From Girardia tigrina (Eukaryota), in assembly GCA_001938485.1 (NCBI GenBank), contig MQRK01178215.1:1-53441 (forward strand): DNA of 53,441 nt, in the 5' to 3' direction. Position 1 is the first letter of the stretch. Each line of letters opens with the position of its first letter. Shown here one piece after another: positions 26,703 to 40,511 of the stretch. A model generated the notes under the pieces. It saw nothing but the letters and a program-made list of their open reading frames with translations, searched no databases and was not told where the DNA came from. Both the position numbers and the translations under genes were made by a program.

Positions 26703-26753
26703 TGGCGAAACATGTTTTCCAATAGAAATTTAAAATTAAAATGGTGTTATTTG
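26703..26753 (+). repeat. inverted partial copy of the Penelope pLTR at ~24260-24306
   Basis: ggcgaaacatgttttccaata.aaatttaaaattaaaatggtg.tattt is nearly identical to the reverse complement of ~24260-24306. Confidence 0.75.
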
Positions 26754-27199
26754 TTTTTAATTAATAAATTACCATTTAAAGAAATTTAAAGAATTTAAAG
26801 ATTTAAAGAAATTAAGTAATAAATATTTTTAAAATTTTATAAGTTGATTGCATTTTATTTAAATGGAAAAATTAATTTTATAGGTAATAAAATTTTTAAA
26901 AGCATTCTAAAAAATTAAAAAGAAAATTTCAAAAATATGTTATCGAATATAATAACTTATTTTTAAAGTTTTTACACGTTCATTTGATTTTATTTAATGG
27001 AATAAATTAATTTTATTTGTCATATAATTTTTAAAAATGCATTTTAAAAATAATAAAAATTTGAAATAGTAAAAAGTCAAAAATAAGTTATAGAATATAA
27101 TAAATTATTTTTAAAGTAAAATAAAATTTATGAGGCGAGTTGAAAATTTTAATTAACTAAAATTTGTTTGAAAATTAAAAGTTGTCATATTACTAAATT

Positions 27200-28414
27200 T
27201 TGGTGTTAAAAATGTATTCTGATATTGATGTTGCAACCACTTCTCACAACACTGTTGCCAACGGGTAACAATTTTTTTTATTCCAGTTTCATAAAATTCT
27301 GTAGAAGTCATCCAAGGGTCTTTCAGCAACTCCTTGGTTTCTGAAGCATTTTTCGCAAAGGAAATGGCTGAAATGTTTGAAAAGGTGATAGTTTGTAGGA
27401 GAAAGGTCTGGTAAGTACGGTGGATGAGGCAAAGTTTCATATCCCAGTTTGTTTAACTTCAACATGGTCTTTCTTGCAACATGTGGACGAGCGTTGTCAT
27501 GCAAAAGAATTAGCCCTTTTCTACTGAGTAATGTCGGCCGTTTATTTGTAGTTCTTGGTGCATTTTGTCAATTTGCTGACATTACTTTTCCGCTGTAATT
27601 GTTTTGTCTTGTTTTAGGAAGTTGTAATGGATTAAACCATGTGCGGATCACCAAGCAGTTACAAAAACATTTATTGGTGTAATTTTGGCTTTGGGAAAGG
27701 CTTTGGAGCCTTATTGAAATCCAACCTCTGAGCTGAACGTCGTCGGTTGTCGTAAATGATCCATTTTTCATCGCACGTTACAATTCAATCCAGAAACGGG
27801 TCACTTTGATTACGCAAAAGCAGAGTAGAACGCACGTTAAAACGACGATTTTTTTTTATTTTCGTTTAATTCATGCGGCACCCACTTGTCCAACTTTTTC
27901 CCTTTCCCGATTTTTTTCAGATGGCAAACAACTGTTGATTGGTAAACGTTGAGTTCTTGAGCGACTTCCTATGATTTTTTTATGCGAGTCGGCATTGATC
28001 AACTTCTTCAAATGGTCGTCGTCAACTTGTGATGGTCGACTACCGTGTTCTTCATCTTCAACGTTCTCGTTGCCCCCACGAAACTTCGAAAACTAACGTT
28101 GTACTGTTCGTAAATTAGTGGTATATTGTCCAAATACATTGTTAATATTCCGAGCCGTTTCTGTCGCTTTTCGACCTAGTTTGAAATCGTAGAATAAAAT
28201 TGTTCTCATTTCCTTTATTTTAACATTTCTAAAATAAAATAAATACACGTTAAATTAACAACAATAATGTCACACTTGGTATCAAAATATAGAGTAAAGT
28301 TTAAGCTTTAAAGTAAATTTAAATATGAATCTATTTATTAATGATTTTCTAAATATTTCAAACAATGAATATTAAATAGACTAAAAACGTCATTTCTTTT
28401 GCATCAACCTAATA
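27200..28414 (-). mobile_element. mariner (DD34D, SETMAR/cecropia-like) decayed element
   Basis: HDNARPH, LPHPPYLPDLSPTNYHLF, TCDEKWI; TIR tattaggttgatgcaaaagaaatg at the right end. Confidence 0.88.
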
Positions 28415-29269
28415 CATAAAAGATGGTCAGAGGACTGCTTTGAATCATATGAAAGAAAGAAATTAATTCTTGTGACTAATTTTATTTTGACAAATAATTA
28501 TAATAATTCAATTTTTGGTTTCGTAATATGAAATAGCGAAATTTTAACCTAAATTTAAAGGGAGTCAACTTTTTTGTCAGATTTCCTGTCTATTAATATT
28601 TATTTAAATTCTTTTTATTTGTGAGTTACTTATACATAAGTAATGTATTTATTTTGTTAATGTAAAATGAAATTTTTAAATTAATTACTTTCTTGATTTT
28701 TAAAAGGAAATTTCAGTTATTATTATAAAAAAAATTAATCTGAAACCAAACGAGTTTAACAATCTTCATTTAATAAATATTATTTTGAAATTTATATTAT
28801 AATAAAATTAATAACTTATTTTTTCATTCTATCATTACTTTAAATAAATATTTTAAAGATAATTTTGCTTGTATAAGAAATATAATGGAATTAGAAAAAA
28901 ATATAATTTATATTTTTTGTAAAATAATTTAATTATAAAACAAGACATTGATTTCTCTGAGAAGAATAATAATGAAAAAATAATAATTATAAGTGTTTTT
29001 TGTAATCAGTAACACGTTTTATTTGGTTTTTATAACTTATTTTCAAATTTTCTTTTTTAAAAAAATACATTCTTTATTTTATTTATGTCGAAATTACCAA
29101 AAAAAACTCTCGCAGTGAAACAATTTGATTAAATAATTATTATTAGAAATAATTAACAAATATTTTTATATCTCTTTTAATTAAATTATTATATCTTAAA
29201 ATACATTGTTATAATTTTTTATAACCACTTAAGACTTTTGTTTCGACAGTTCTGGCAAAACATTCTTAT

Positions 29270-29870
29270 TTTTGCTTAGATATATCAGTTCTGACAAAAA
29301 CTTTTTGCAAAACTAAAAACATTCACTATTCAAAATAAAGACCATTTAAATCCATGACTTGAACCCATCTATCAGCAAGTTGGTTAATTCCGCTGAAATA
29401 CTAGTTTTTTTGTTTTTAGTTGCAAAAAACTTGTGGTACTCGTTTTCAGAGTCGCTCGGATTTTTGAAGTAGCGACCACGAAGTAAGTACGCAATGGAAC
29501 GGAAGGATAATAGTCAGATTGCACAAGGTCCAAACTAAAAGCTTGGTTTGAACGAAGTTCAATTCCGTCAAAATGCTTTATTTATTTTTTCTTGGGTTTT
29601 GTCTGGTGATGTGTGCTTTTGCCTTTTTTTTAATGCCGAAGAGCGTGCTTTTTATTTATCAAATGGAATTTTCTGCAAAGCACAGCATATATCCGATCAC
29701 AATTAGTGCAATAGAGTTTGGTGTCGAGAGATCGACCATTTAGAAGTATCTCGAAGTAAATTACACCTTCCAAATTCTGCAGAATGCACAAAAGTATCTT
29801 CCTTGAGAATTAATCACATTTTGATACCGGCAACATTACTTTTCCGGGGTCCAACCATTGTTAAAATAGT
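29270..29870 (-). pseudogene. highly degenerate mariner transposase remnant
   Basis: DLVQSDYY.FRSIAYLLRGRYF and LADRWVQVMDLNGLYFE fragments. Confidence 0.6.
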
Positions 29871-30600
29871 TAAGTAACTATTATATGGTAAAACTATCAT
29901 CAAATATATTTCTCTGAAATTATCGGGAGGTCTCTACACGTTTTTGAGCTAGAATTCTAGTCAATTCATATGATAACTCTTGGAAGCATCTATCGATTTT
30001 TCGAAGATTACTAAGATGCTGGACAATTTCTGTTTGAAGAATGTTGAATTTTGAGGACAATCTGAGAGTGTTTGTTAAGGGCATTAACATAAGTTTTATG
30101 AATAAAATATTAAAATCACATTTGGAGTCATCAAAACTCTCTAAAGATCTTTCACAATCTGACGACATCCTTTTAATAATGATTGTTTAAACAATGTTTC
30201 TCTATCTCTCTAAAATACTTATTGTCTTTTAATTGCAAAAATATTTTTAAAAATTAATAATCCTTACGTTCCTTTTAAAAAATTTAAAAATTTTTTTAAA
30301 TTATTATTGGAACTTTAAAATAAATTCCATTTTAATTGATTTATAAAATATTTTATCGATTGTAAAAATGTCTTTTGAACATTTAAATTTCATTATATTA
30401 AAACTTTCAAAACACAAAAATTATAAAAATTCTACTTTAAAAGTTTTAAAAATGTGGATTAAATGCATGATAAAAGATTGAATCTAATTTGTTTTAAGAT
30501 TCACTCAATTTAACTTTGCGCGCGTTATTGGTGTTATTAAATAAACGTTTGTACGTGTATTCATTTATTCGTTATTATTCGTGCTACAAACTATCCGGGC

Positions 30601-31400
30601 ATGACGGAGATTAAATTAATTCTGGAAGTGTCGCCGAAGTTCAACGCGATTGATTCGGATGTCAATGAATTTTTTGATAAGTTTGAACTTGTATATTCGA
30701 TCCGAAGCTGCGAAAAATTGGAAAAAAATAGTACCGCTGCTATCTTATGATGAAGCGTACAACGTGTACGCCAAACTATCTGACGAAATTAAGGAGTCGT
30801 ACGAAAAAATCAAACTGGCAATGAAAAATGCATTTGGAATATCAAAAATTGCCGCATATCGTAAGTTAATTACTAAAACATATCGACAGAGGGCATCTGT
30901 AAATGTATACTACAATTCAATAAATTCGCTTGGAAAAGCGAGTGGAGATATAATCATGATGACCTTCATTAACGGTCTACCTGCGCGTGTGGCGCAAGAA
31001 TTGCTAAAAAAGAGTACACCGATGCCCTGTAAATGATCGATGAAAGTAGCAAATTATTAGAAATTCGTGACAGTAAGGAACTAGGTTTCATTGGAAGTGA
31101 TAAGACAAATACTACGGGTGAGCACGGTGGTGTTAGTGCTGGCCACTCTAATGCCTATAAAGTGTCGCAAAGGTTCAATGAACGTAGTGTTGTGGCGAAC
31201 GTTAGCCGCCAGAAAAGCTTTCAACAGCCATATAATGAAACAAGATGTTTCAAGTGTAATGCGGTTGATCACATCGCAAGAAATTTTTCGGGAAACGATT
31301 TGGAAGATGTAAATTAATGGGAACCGATTGTATCTCGTCAAATAATGGTTCTATGATTTTTACCGAGGTAATTTATAAAGGTAGGCGGTTTAATGCATTG
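30601..31400 (+). mobile_element. LTR-retrotransposon gag remnant (Gypsy-like)
   Basis: FINGLP motif, CFKCNAVDHIARN zinc knuckle; broken ORFs 30650-31036 and 31033-31317. Confidence 0.75.
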
Positions 31401-31568
31401 ATCATTGATTATTTTCGAATTCCATAAGACTTGAAAGCCATTTAAAAAACTAATCCCTATCAGGTAAAACACTAGAAGTTTTTGAATCGTGTAGCACTAC
31501 CAGACAACTCCAAAAGGAAGTAAGAAGTTTATTATTCATTATTAAAGACCCATCATAAAGTAAAAATT

Positions 31569-32346
31569 TTACAGTTCTAATCTTTCTTCAATTTGAGTGT
31601 CATGTGGAAATTTATCATCCAAATATGTGAAATTGTTTTCATTTAAATCACATTTTGATTTTCGATCGTTATCGTCATAATCAATAAGGTTATTTGTAAC
31701 TAAAGATAAAATTTGATGATCCTGCTCCAACTGTTGAATGATCATTGGACGATTTATACTTTTAGATGAACTGAAAACTGTATCCTGAAATAATTTGATA
31801 ATTTCTTTGATTTTAAATTTCTCTCTCTCCTCCATATTCTTCCTTCTCCGTCATTGCGATCTGTCTTCCTCTTTTGAATTCTCTTCTGTAGTCGTCTGAG
31901 TTCCGGTTTGCTGAGCTTTTCGTTTGTGATTCTTAGAATTGTCGGCTATCTCTTTGGGTTCTCTTTTGATAATCCCTTCTTCCTTGATATCGTTTATTCA
32001 TTTTCGTGTAACATTCTTTGACTCTATGTCCTGGATTGTTACATCTTCCACATATTACCTTCTTGCATTCCCGTCGGACATAACCTTCCTCGCCACATGC
32101 ATGACATGTGATTTTCCTTTCTCGTTTACACTCGATCCGTCTATGTCCTGTTTTTTTACAATTCCAGCATGATATATTGTTTTGCCCTGGATGTCGTCTA
32201 ACAAAAGTGTCTCCTTCCTTCATCATGCCTCTTGTCGCTGATCTTCTTTTTACCACGTTCTTGTATGACGCTCTCATCGCGTGTTCTGGCCTTTCCATTT
32301 CGGGTAGGTTTTTATTTCTGTTTATTATTGTTATCATCGTCATCAA
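31569..32346 (-). mobile_element. gag nucleocapsid remnant with three CCHC knuckles
   Basis: CWNCKKTGHRRIEC, CHACGEEGYVRREC, CGRCNNPGHRVKEC. Confidence 0.8.
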
Positions 32347-33008
32347 GATTATGGTTCTTTAAATAATTGAAAACATTTAAAGTTATGAATTTATCACTAA
32401 TATTTATTTTAAGAAAAATCCCAATAAAGTTTCATATTTTATTTTTTATTACAATTTTATGTTATCTGATCGTTTTCTAATAAAAATTAATAGTTATTCA
32501 TTGTATAAAAACTGAGCTCAAATAATTTTTTGTTTTTTTTTGCGTTTTTCCTTTCGTGATTTGTCGGATAGTTGGACAAAAACTTTCCTTTAAAACAGTT
32601 TATATCGTGTTTGAGCAGGAGGAAAACAGGAGTAAGACATATTATTTTGATTATTTTTCAGTTTTATTTTGAAAACTTAAATTTATTCTTCAGCAAATAA
32701 AAACAAAAGTCGCATTTCTTTTAATAATTTTTTGATTGAGATAAAATAATATTTTGTTTTGTTTCCTTAATAAAAAAATAGTATTAAATTGTATAATAAT
32801 ATACATTGATAATATTTCAGCACATTTTAATTAATTTCTTTCAATTCCTTAAAAATCATTTTTGGAATTTATTTGATTTTAATAATTGGAAAAAAAACTA
32901 AAAATCTTTTTTAATTAAAATAAATCTGTTTTATTAAAACGAGTTATTATTTTTTATAAATATTTACTTATAATATAACATTCTAAAAAAATAAAAATAA
33001 TAATAATG

Positions 33009-33012
<4 letters not shown>

Positions 33013-33044
<32 letters not shown>
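33013..33044. repeat. (AT)n microsatellite
   Basis: Direct reading. Confidence 0.95.
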
Positions 33045-33050
<6 letters not shown>

Positions 33051-34081
33051 GTTTCTGGCTAGTCAAAATTTATGTATAGGTATATAGATAATGCTACCCC
33101 AACCTTTGGTTCGGTTTCAGTTTTTAACAGATTTATCTCAACAGTCCTCTTTATATTGTACATTACTTTTAATGGAAGTACGTATTCATATGTATTTAAT
33201 TTAATTGTTTTCTTTTAAGTCTAATGCAAGATAAAAAAGAAATAACAACAACATTTCCTTAAAAGCAATATTTTTATTAAAAGTCAGTAAATACATAGAA
33301 AAATAAATAAATATTAATAGTAAAGAAAGGAGACAATTAAGCTTGATAAAGGGCAAAATATTATCCGAAAATCCATTAGATATTATATTATCTGCTACAA
33401 CAGACAAATGTTTTTCTAAACTCAAATCAATATTAAATTATTTGAAAATTTTTTTATATATTTTATACTATAATTATGCTATGCTAACGAAATTGCTAGT
33501 TTGATTGTGACATTCCATGGAGGAGTATGTGACTTATTCGGTATGAAGGTCAGTGCAGCGGCCATTGTCGCAAATATGACAAGATCAACATCTCAACTGG
33601 ATTACTTACATTTAGGTGATTAGTTGTGACTTATTAACAAGGCAGTGGACTACCACAACCAGTTGTAGTGACATGTATATAATTAAATTTTGTATATATA
33701 AAAATATATAATTATAAATGATTATCAATCAAGTTATTTATTGATAAAATAATCCAACTGTACAAGATTACTCCGTCGAGATTACAGTCAATTTGGTGGC
33801 ACAATGGCGATGATTTGAATGGATGATTTATTTGAAAAAACAATATCAAACACAATCCCAATTAATTCCAAGAAGTCCAACAATCGTTCCTAATTCAAAA
33901 AAAACATCTCTCGAGCTCGATCAACAATTTAAATTTTAATACGCTATTATTCGATCCCCGCGTCTTCTGTCAATCTTGTCGCAAACATTATTTATCAATT
34001 TTTTTATGTTAGTTATTTATATTTTTAAAATAATTAATTGGGTGAACACTTTATAATATAGAACAAAATTATTTTGAAAGA

Positions 34082-34838
34082 ACCGTTGCTCGGCATTTGA
34101 AGCGAATTGGAAAGTCGAAAAAGCTCGATAAATGGGTGCCTCACCAATTGAAAGAAAGTAAAAAAAAATCGTTGTTTTGAGGTTTCTTCTGCACAAAAAG
34201 AACGACCCGTTTCACGATCAGATTGTGACGTGTGATGAGCAGTGGATTCTCTATAACAATCAAGAAGTTCTGCACAATGGTTGGACCGCGATGAGGCTCC
34301 TCACCACTTTTCGTAACCAAAAAAAAGGTTATAGTGACTGTTTGGTGATCACAGCTTTCTGAATATGGATGAAACAATCATTGCAGAGAAGTAATGCCAA
34401 CAAATCGACAAAATGCATCACGAGCTTCGACATATGTGCCAAAGATTGTTCAATATGAAGGGGCCAACTCTCCTCCATGAAAACGCCTGGTGACACATCC
34501 AAAACAATCCTACAAAAGCTAAACGAATTGGGTTACGAAACTCTGCCTCATCCACCCTACTCATCAGACCTTTCACCTACCGACTACCATTTTTTCAAGC
34601 ATTTGGACAACTTCCTCCAGGAAATATGCTTTAAAAGCAAGACTACGCAAAAGACGCCTTTAACACTTTTATCGCATATAGAACTCAGGATTTCTACACT
34701 CTGGCATCAATAAATTTGATTTTGGTTGGCAAAAACGTATTGATTATGATGGTTTTTATTTCGATTTATTCTGTGCTTTGTTACATTTGTTTAAAGTTTA
34801 GGTTCAAAAACCTACATTTTGTTTGCAACAACCTAATA
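34082..34838 (+). mobile_element. 5'-truncated mariner element
   Basis: WVPH, IVTCDEQWILY, LPHPPYSSDLSPTDYHFF; 3' TIR ...gtttgcaacaacctaata. Confidence 0.88.
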
Positions 34839-36173
34839 CAGTGCGTTCAAAAAGTAACTGTGCACCAGCAATTTCAAAACAAGAACGATATCCTGTGTTC
34901 TAAAAATCAATAACAAAATATTTTGAATAGTCAATTTTATGTGAATAACAATGACCGTCTCTTAATTTATTAAAAATAACAAGAAAAGAGTCACAACAAC
35001 TGCTGGAAATGCCCACCAAGTTCGTGAATACAAACGTTAATTCGACGTTTCAAGTTTTCGAACACTCGATGAATTTCCTCTTGGGTGATGGCTTCAATTT
35101 GGTGTAGGATGTTATCACGTAGGTCTTGCAAAGTTTGTGGTTTGTTTCGGTAAACATTTTGCTTTATCGCTCCCCACAGGCAAAAGTCCAAAACACTTAG
35201 ATCTGGGGATCTTGGCGGCCAAATTCCTTTGGAAATGATTCTCTTCGGGAAGATCTCATTTAAAAAACGAAGCAAAATGTTTGCGGTATGTGCTGTTGCA
35301 CCATCCTGCTGAAAATAGCCAGTCGATCGTTCTTCTTCAGTTAACTGGTCGATGAAAGCAGAAAGGATTTCCTTGCAGTANNNNNNNNNNNNNNNNNNNN
35401 NNNNNNNNNNNNNNNNNNNNNNNNNNNNNNNNNNNNNNNNNNNNNNNNNNNNNNNNNNNNNNNNNNNNNNNNNNNNNNNNNNNNNNNNNNNNNNNNNNNN
35501 NNNNNNNNNNNNNNNNNNNNNNNNNNNNNNNNNNNNNNNNNNNNNNNNNNNNNNTTCAACTCATGTTGACAAGTAACACGATATGGATATAAGCTTAAAG
35601 TTTTCCTCACGACGGCATGTGCAGTTCCAACGGATACACTCACTTCTTGAGATAAACGGCGCATTGACTTTGTCGGACTCTGGCTCATGGCTTTCGAAAT
35701 AACATTGACTTTTTGCTCCGTTAAAATCGTTGGTCGACCTGAGCGGGAGGGATCATGAACAGATCCAGTTTCTCTGAACTTGTTCACTAACGCTCGAACC
35801 GCATTTCGATGAGGTATTGCTGTTGAGGGAAACTTTTCGGCAAATTTTTCCTTCACTGCTTCTGTGTATTCATCATTCGCACGAAAGACATGTTCAATCA
35901 AAAATATTCTCTCCTCCGTTGACAAAACCATTTTCAATTGGAATTAACTTCGCAATAAATTGACTTTCGTCAATGATTAGATTAAATATCAAAATGATAT
36001 TTTTTTTAAAAAAAATTTAAAACGCTCAAAGTGTGTAGGTATGTTTTTTGTTCACGAATCTATTTCATAGTTCGATTTCATAGAAATTTGCATTTAAAAA
36101 GTCTGCTACAACGCTGATTATCTAAAAATAAACCAGACAATGAAAGGTGCACAGTGACTTTCTGAACGCATTG
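34839..36173 (-). mobile_element. Tc1/mariner element related to DD41D/rosa (DUF4817-type N-terminus), D-38-D spacing
   Basis: TA-flanked TIRs cagtgcgttcaaaaagtaactgtgcacc / ggtgcacagtgactttctgaacgcattg; FQQDGATAHT...WPPRSPDLSVLDFCLWG; ORF 35937 to 34991 spans an N gap. Confidence 0.9.
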
Positions 36174-37804
36174 TACTACAGAAAGTTGTCTTCCAAATTC
36201 TATTAATCACAAAGTACAACCTTAACTTTTAAAGTTTTTAAAAAATATGTCCAAAGTTACATTTTAACGAATATATGATGTGGATAATAATCTAATAATT
36301 TAAATATAATCATTAATCAATAATTAAAAATATGTCGTTTGAAAAATCTTTGGTCATCAACTTCAATTAAAACAATCTTTACCGTCAATTAATCGTTTAT
36401 TTCGAATAAAAGGGTACTGAATATTTTACAGTTTTCTAATAACATAAGTTTTTCACTGAAAAACTTATTAAAAATTTATAAATATTCAGTTTGATACATT
36501 GTAGAGTTTATAAAAATATAAAATTTAATTTATAAAAAATAATTTTTAAATTCTTAGTAAAATGAAAACATTTTTTCTTAATAAATCGTTTTATTTACGG
36601 AATTTAACAATATAAAAAAGTTACAAAATAGAAAAATAATTTTTAACAATTAATGAAACCGAACAAACATTTCTGACAAATTATTGTAAATTATTAATTA
36701 CTCAGAATTATTAACTCATTTAGAATAATAATTATTATAAAAATAATAATTATAGTATTAATAATAATAATAATAATAATTGATAATATTTAAAATTTAG
36801 TTTTTGCAAAACGTTTTTATATATTATTCAAAAGTTAATAATTTTTAATAAAAAAATTATTTTAAGATTTTTTTAATATTTGAGAGATGTAAAACAGAGT
36901 TATAAAATGGTCTTTTTCAAAACAGAATTTAATACTTTATAAAAAATTTTTACGTAACATATTTTTATATTAAAAAATTTTTTTGAAAACAAATAATTGT
37001 ATATTATTTGAAAAGAAATTTTTCTAATTTCGATTATTGTCTTTTATATAAAATATTTTTTTCTTTTTTTATAAATAAGTAAATTTAAATAACAAATAAA
37101 TTTAAATTAATTTTATTTAAAATAATTTATATATACATATATTTTTTTGATAAATGTCTTTTTTTCAGACTTGTCTGTAATCCAATTTCTTAGTTGCATT
37201 AAGATAAGTTGCATAAGATACGTAAAGAAGAGACATTTTTATACAAAATTATTATTAAAAAAATTATTTGGAATTATGTAAAAAACAGTCAAAAAATGAA
37301 ATAAAAATACATTTCAAAAATCTGTAAAAATAAACTTTATATGTACAATAATGTAAAAAAAATTCATGTTTTATTATTTTATAAAACAAAAACAGAAAAA
37401 TCAAAAGAAAAAAATAAATAAAAGATGAGCTGAGATTAAAATTTACTGTTACGTGTTTTTTATTAAACTTTAAAATTGTTTTTTCAATTAAAAAGTTAAA
37501 GTTTTTATAAAATTTTGGTTAATAATTTTATATTTTTGTATTTAAATTTTAAAAGATGTTTCTCGAATAACATAAAACATGTGGTTTTTATTATTAAGAA
37601 TTTTAAAAAAGGTATTTAAAATTGATAATTATCTTATTTTATTAAAATTAAATATTTCAATTTTTTAATATATTATATAAATTTTTCATATATATTTAGA
37701 ATGATCAAACGTTTCTATTTACAATTTTTAAGGTTAATTGTACGCTTGGAAATTTTTTCAATACAAAATTTATAAATAAATCAAATAATAATAAATACAG
37801 TTTT

Positions 37805-38569
37805 TTATTGCTTTAACCACGGCAACAGTAAACATTCTTTAGCCGACGGTCTGTCTGTTGGAAGCTTTGAAAAAGTCAATTTCAAAAAGGTTTCTAAATC
37901 AGGATTTTCGACAAAACACTTCTCTTTATAATTAACTTTTTTGTCATCGAATTTACCTTTCAGAAACGGAAACTTACCTGCAGTTGCTAAATTATAAAGG
38001 AGCACTCTGAATGACCAGATATCAACTTTCGGGGTGTGAACTTTCTTGTTAAAGACTTCCGGGGCCATGTATTGTTTTGACCCCATCTTTTTACAAACCG
38101 GTTTTTTTGCATCATAAATTGCTGCAAATTCGAAATCAATGATCATAACATCAAAATCTTCTTTGTCATTGACTTTTACAATGTTTGAAGGTTTCAAATC
38201 TCTGTGCATAATTGACAGAGAATGCATATGGTCAAGACCGCTAAGAATCTGAAATGAGATTCTTTTAGTTTGGTTCATGGGGAATCTTGTGGCCAGACTG
38301 TGATTCAAATCTCCGTATTGATAAAAAGGTAGAAGGAAAATGGTGAACCTTCCAAATTGAATTTTTCCCAGAATTTTAATAATATATGGAGACTCTTTAC
38401 ATTTATTTAACATCCCATATTCGTCAAATATTATATTATCACTTACTTTTCCAATGTACCTTTCTTTATTACCATTGTTTTGAAAGACTTTTACCTTTTC
38501 GTTTACATTTTGCACAAATGTAATATTATTTTGTTTGAATATATTTTCAAAAATACATTTATCAATCAT
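37805..38569 (-). CDS. intronless divergent Ser/Thr protein kinase (CAMK-like)
   Basis: 254-aa ORF with HRDLKPSN, IIDFE, GSKQYMAPE, KVDIWS, RPSAKECL...W. Confidence 0.85.
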   Translation of the reverse strand: MIDKCIFENIFKQNNITFVQNVNEKVKVFQNNGNKERYIGKVSDNIIFDEYGMLNKCKESPYIIKILGKIQFGRFTIFLLPFYQYGDLNHSLATRFPMNQTKRISFQILSGLDHMHSLSIMHRDLKPSNIVKVNDKEDFDVMIIDFEFAAIYDAKKPVCKKMGSKQYMAPEVFNKKVHTPKVDIWSFRVLLYNLATAGKFPFLKGKFDDKKVNYKEKCFVENPDLETFLKLTFSKLPTDRPSAKECLLLPWLKQ

Positions 38570-38859
38570 TTTATAGAAACTTTAATTTTAGTGTTACAAT
38601 TTTGATATAATTATCAATAAAATGTAATTTAAATGGAAACATAAAAATCTTTAAAAACATATTTTTCAATTCTATTGGATAATAATAAACTCATAATATT
38701 AAAATTTTTGTTTTAACATTACTTTTTTAAATTAAAATTTGTTTGCTAAACCTTTTGATTGTCAGATATTTTATTGTTTGTTGTAAAAGAAACTTTAAAT
38801 GTAAAAGCCCCTGATCAAATGAACTGTGTCTGAAAAGCTGACAGAAGTGATTGAATAAA

Positions 38860-39420
38860 GAAAGGATTATCTAAAAATGCTCCAGCCGCATATCAAAAGA
38901 GTGCAGTGTACGTATTCTTTTTGTTTTAAAGCTTTTGCGGAACAGAAGGAATTCAAAAGACTCATAAAAAACGTACATACGATCATAATATTGCAGCGTC
39001 AGAATGGAGAAAATCCTTCCTAACGTCCCAAGGAAATTGGTATAAGACCTCTAAAACGAATGGATGGTTAAAGCGACATTTATTGATCGATCACTGAACC
39101 CATGGCAGTACCAGTAGTACTAGTTTTTTACAAAATAACGTAGATGAAGGATGTACAGAATCTTTGAACTCAATCGCGACACATGATATGTTAGTGTCCT
39201 TCAATGGTACTGCGGGGATGAACTCAGGAGTGATTCCAAGAGTGGTTCTCGACGTTTGGTTAAGTAATACCACTGATGTGGGGATATTTCGGAGTCCTTT
39301 TATTCATTGTACGAAATTTGTTTATACAGACAAAGCTCTACAGAATCACGTAACGAGAGATCATGATTGGTCCTTTCTGACTGGGAAACCGAAGCGTGCC
39401 CTTGCACTGAAAGCATGCAT
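38860..39420 (+). pseudogene. remnant of the LINE C-terminal zinc-finger region
   Basis: CT...CFKAFAEQKEFK, GWLKRHL..DH, NHVTRDHDWSFLTGKP, homologous to 15.9-16.5 kb and 24.8-25.3 kb. Confidence 0.7.
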
Positions 39421-40511
39421 TCTTATATCTAAAGCCGTGCGCGAATGTAGTAGGCTATGTATTGTCTATTTATGGTTTCTCCCCGATACAGAGTATATGG
39501 CTTACTACCCTGTCCGCCAATACTGGAACTGTAGTCTCTACAATACTCAATTATCTGTCCAGTCGAGGGAAGCATATAACTGTAAAAGAAAAAAAACATT
39601 TATTTTTCACATAATAAAAATTAATATGAATTGTAAAAAATTGTGAAAGTTTGAAACTCAGGACTTTGTTATTCTTTTTTATTTCATTTAATATTACGAT
39701 TATTATTGCTAAATTAAGTATCAATTAGAAAAATTTTTTTACCGACACAACGCGGCTTAATTATTAACGGTACTTTTAGAAAAGGAACTACTTATCCGTT
39801 GCATTGAAAACCGATTAGCACAAAGAAATTATGAAGAGTTAGTTGAAATTTTCAATTCGGCAAATAATTTATAATTTTTTAATTTTAAATTTTAACAAAA
39901 ATTAAATAATTATGTAAAAAAATTAAATCTTAAAGGTTTGCATTGAATAAAGTCGATATATTTTCAAAGTAAAATAATTAGTCAAATAAGAATTTTTTAA
40001 TAAATAATAAACTGGGTAAACACTTTATAATTTAGAACAAAATTATTTTGAAAGAAATTAAAATTAAGTTAAATATTTTTACAAAATAATTTGTAAGAAA
40101 TTAAAGCTTCGTATTAATAAAATTTAATTATTCGATTTATAACTAAAATAAATTTTAAAATTAACAAGTTTGAATAAATAAAAATTTCAAAAAAGTATAG
40201 AACAGGGGTCGCAACTTATGGCACGCGTGTCACACGTGGCACGCAGCCTGAAACCAATTTAATTGTTGATTAGAAAGCAAATTGTAGAAATCAAATTATC
40301 TTTAAATTAAATATTAAATTTTATATATTAAAATTTAAAAATTGAAATTAAAATATTAACTTCAATATCAATATTTATTTTAGAATTTTAATATTAAATA
40401 ATGTTAATTTAAAATTCATTTATTTTAAAAATATTGAAATAAAATTATTTTTTTAAATTTTGTAGGAAAATATGGAAGAGTTGCCAAACAAAAGGAAACA
40501 TTATCAACGCC

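Noticed and set aside
26681-26725. Third hammerhead ribozyme
   Set aside because: Has GGCGAAACATGTT but no CTGANGA core upstream.
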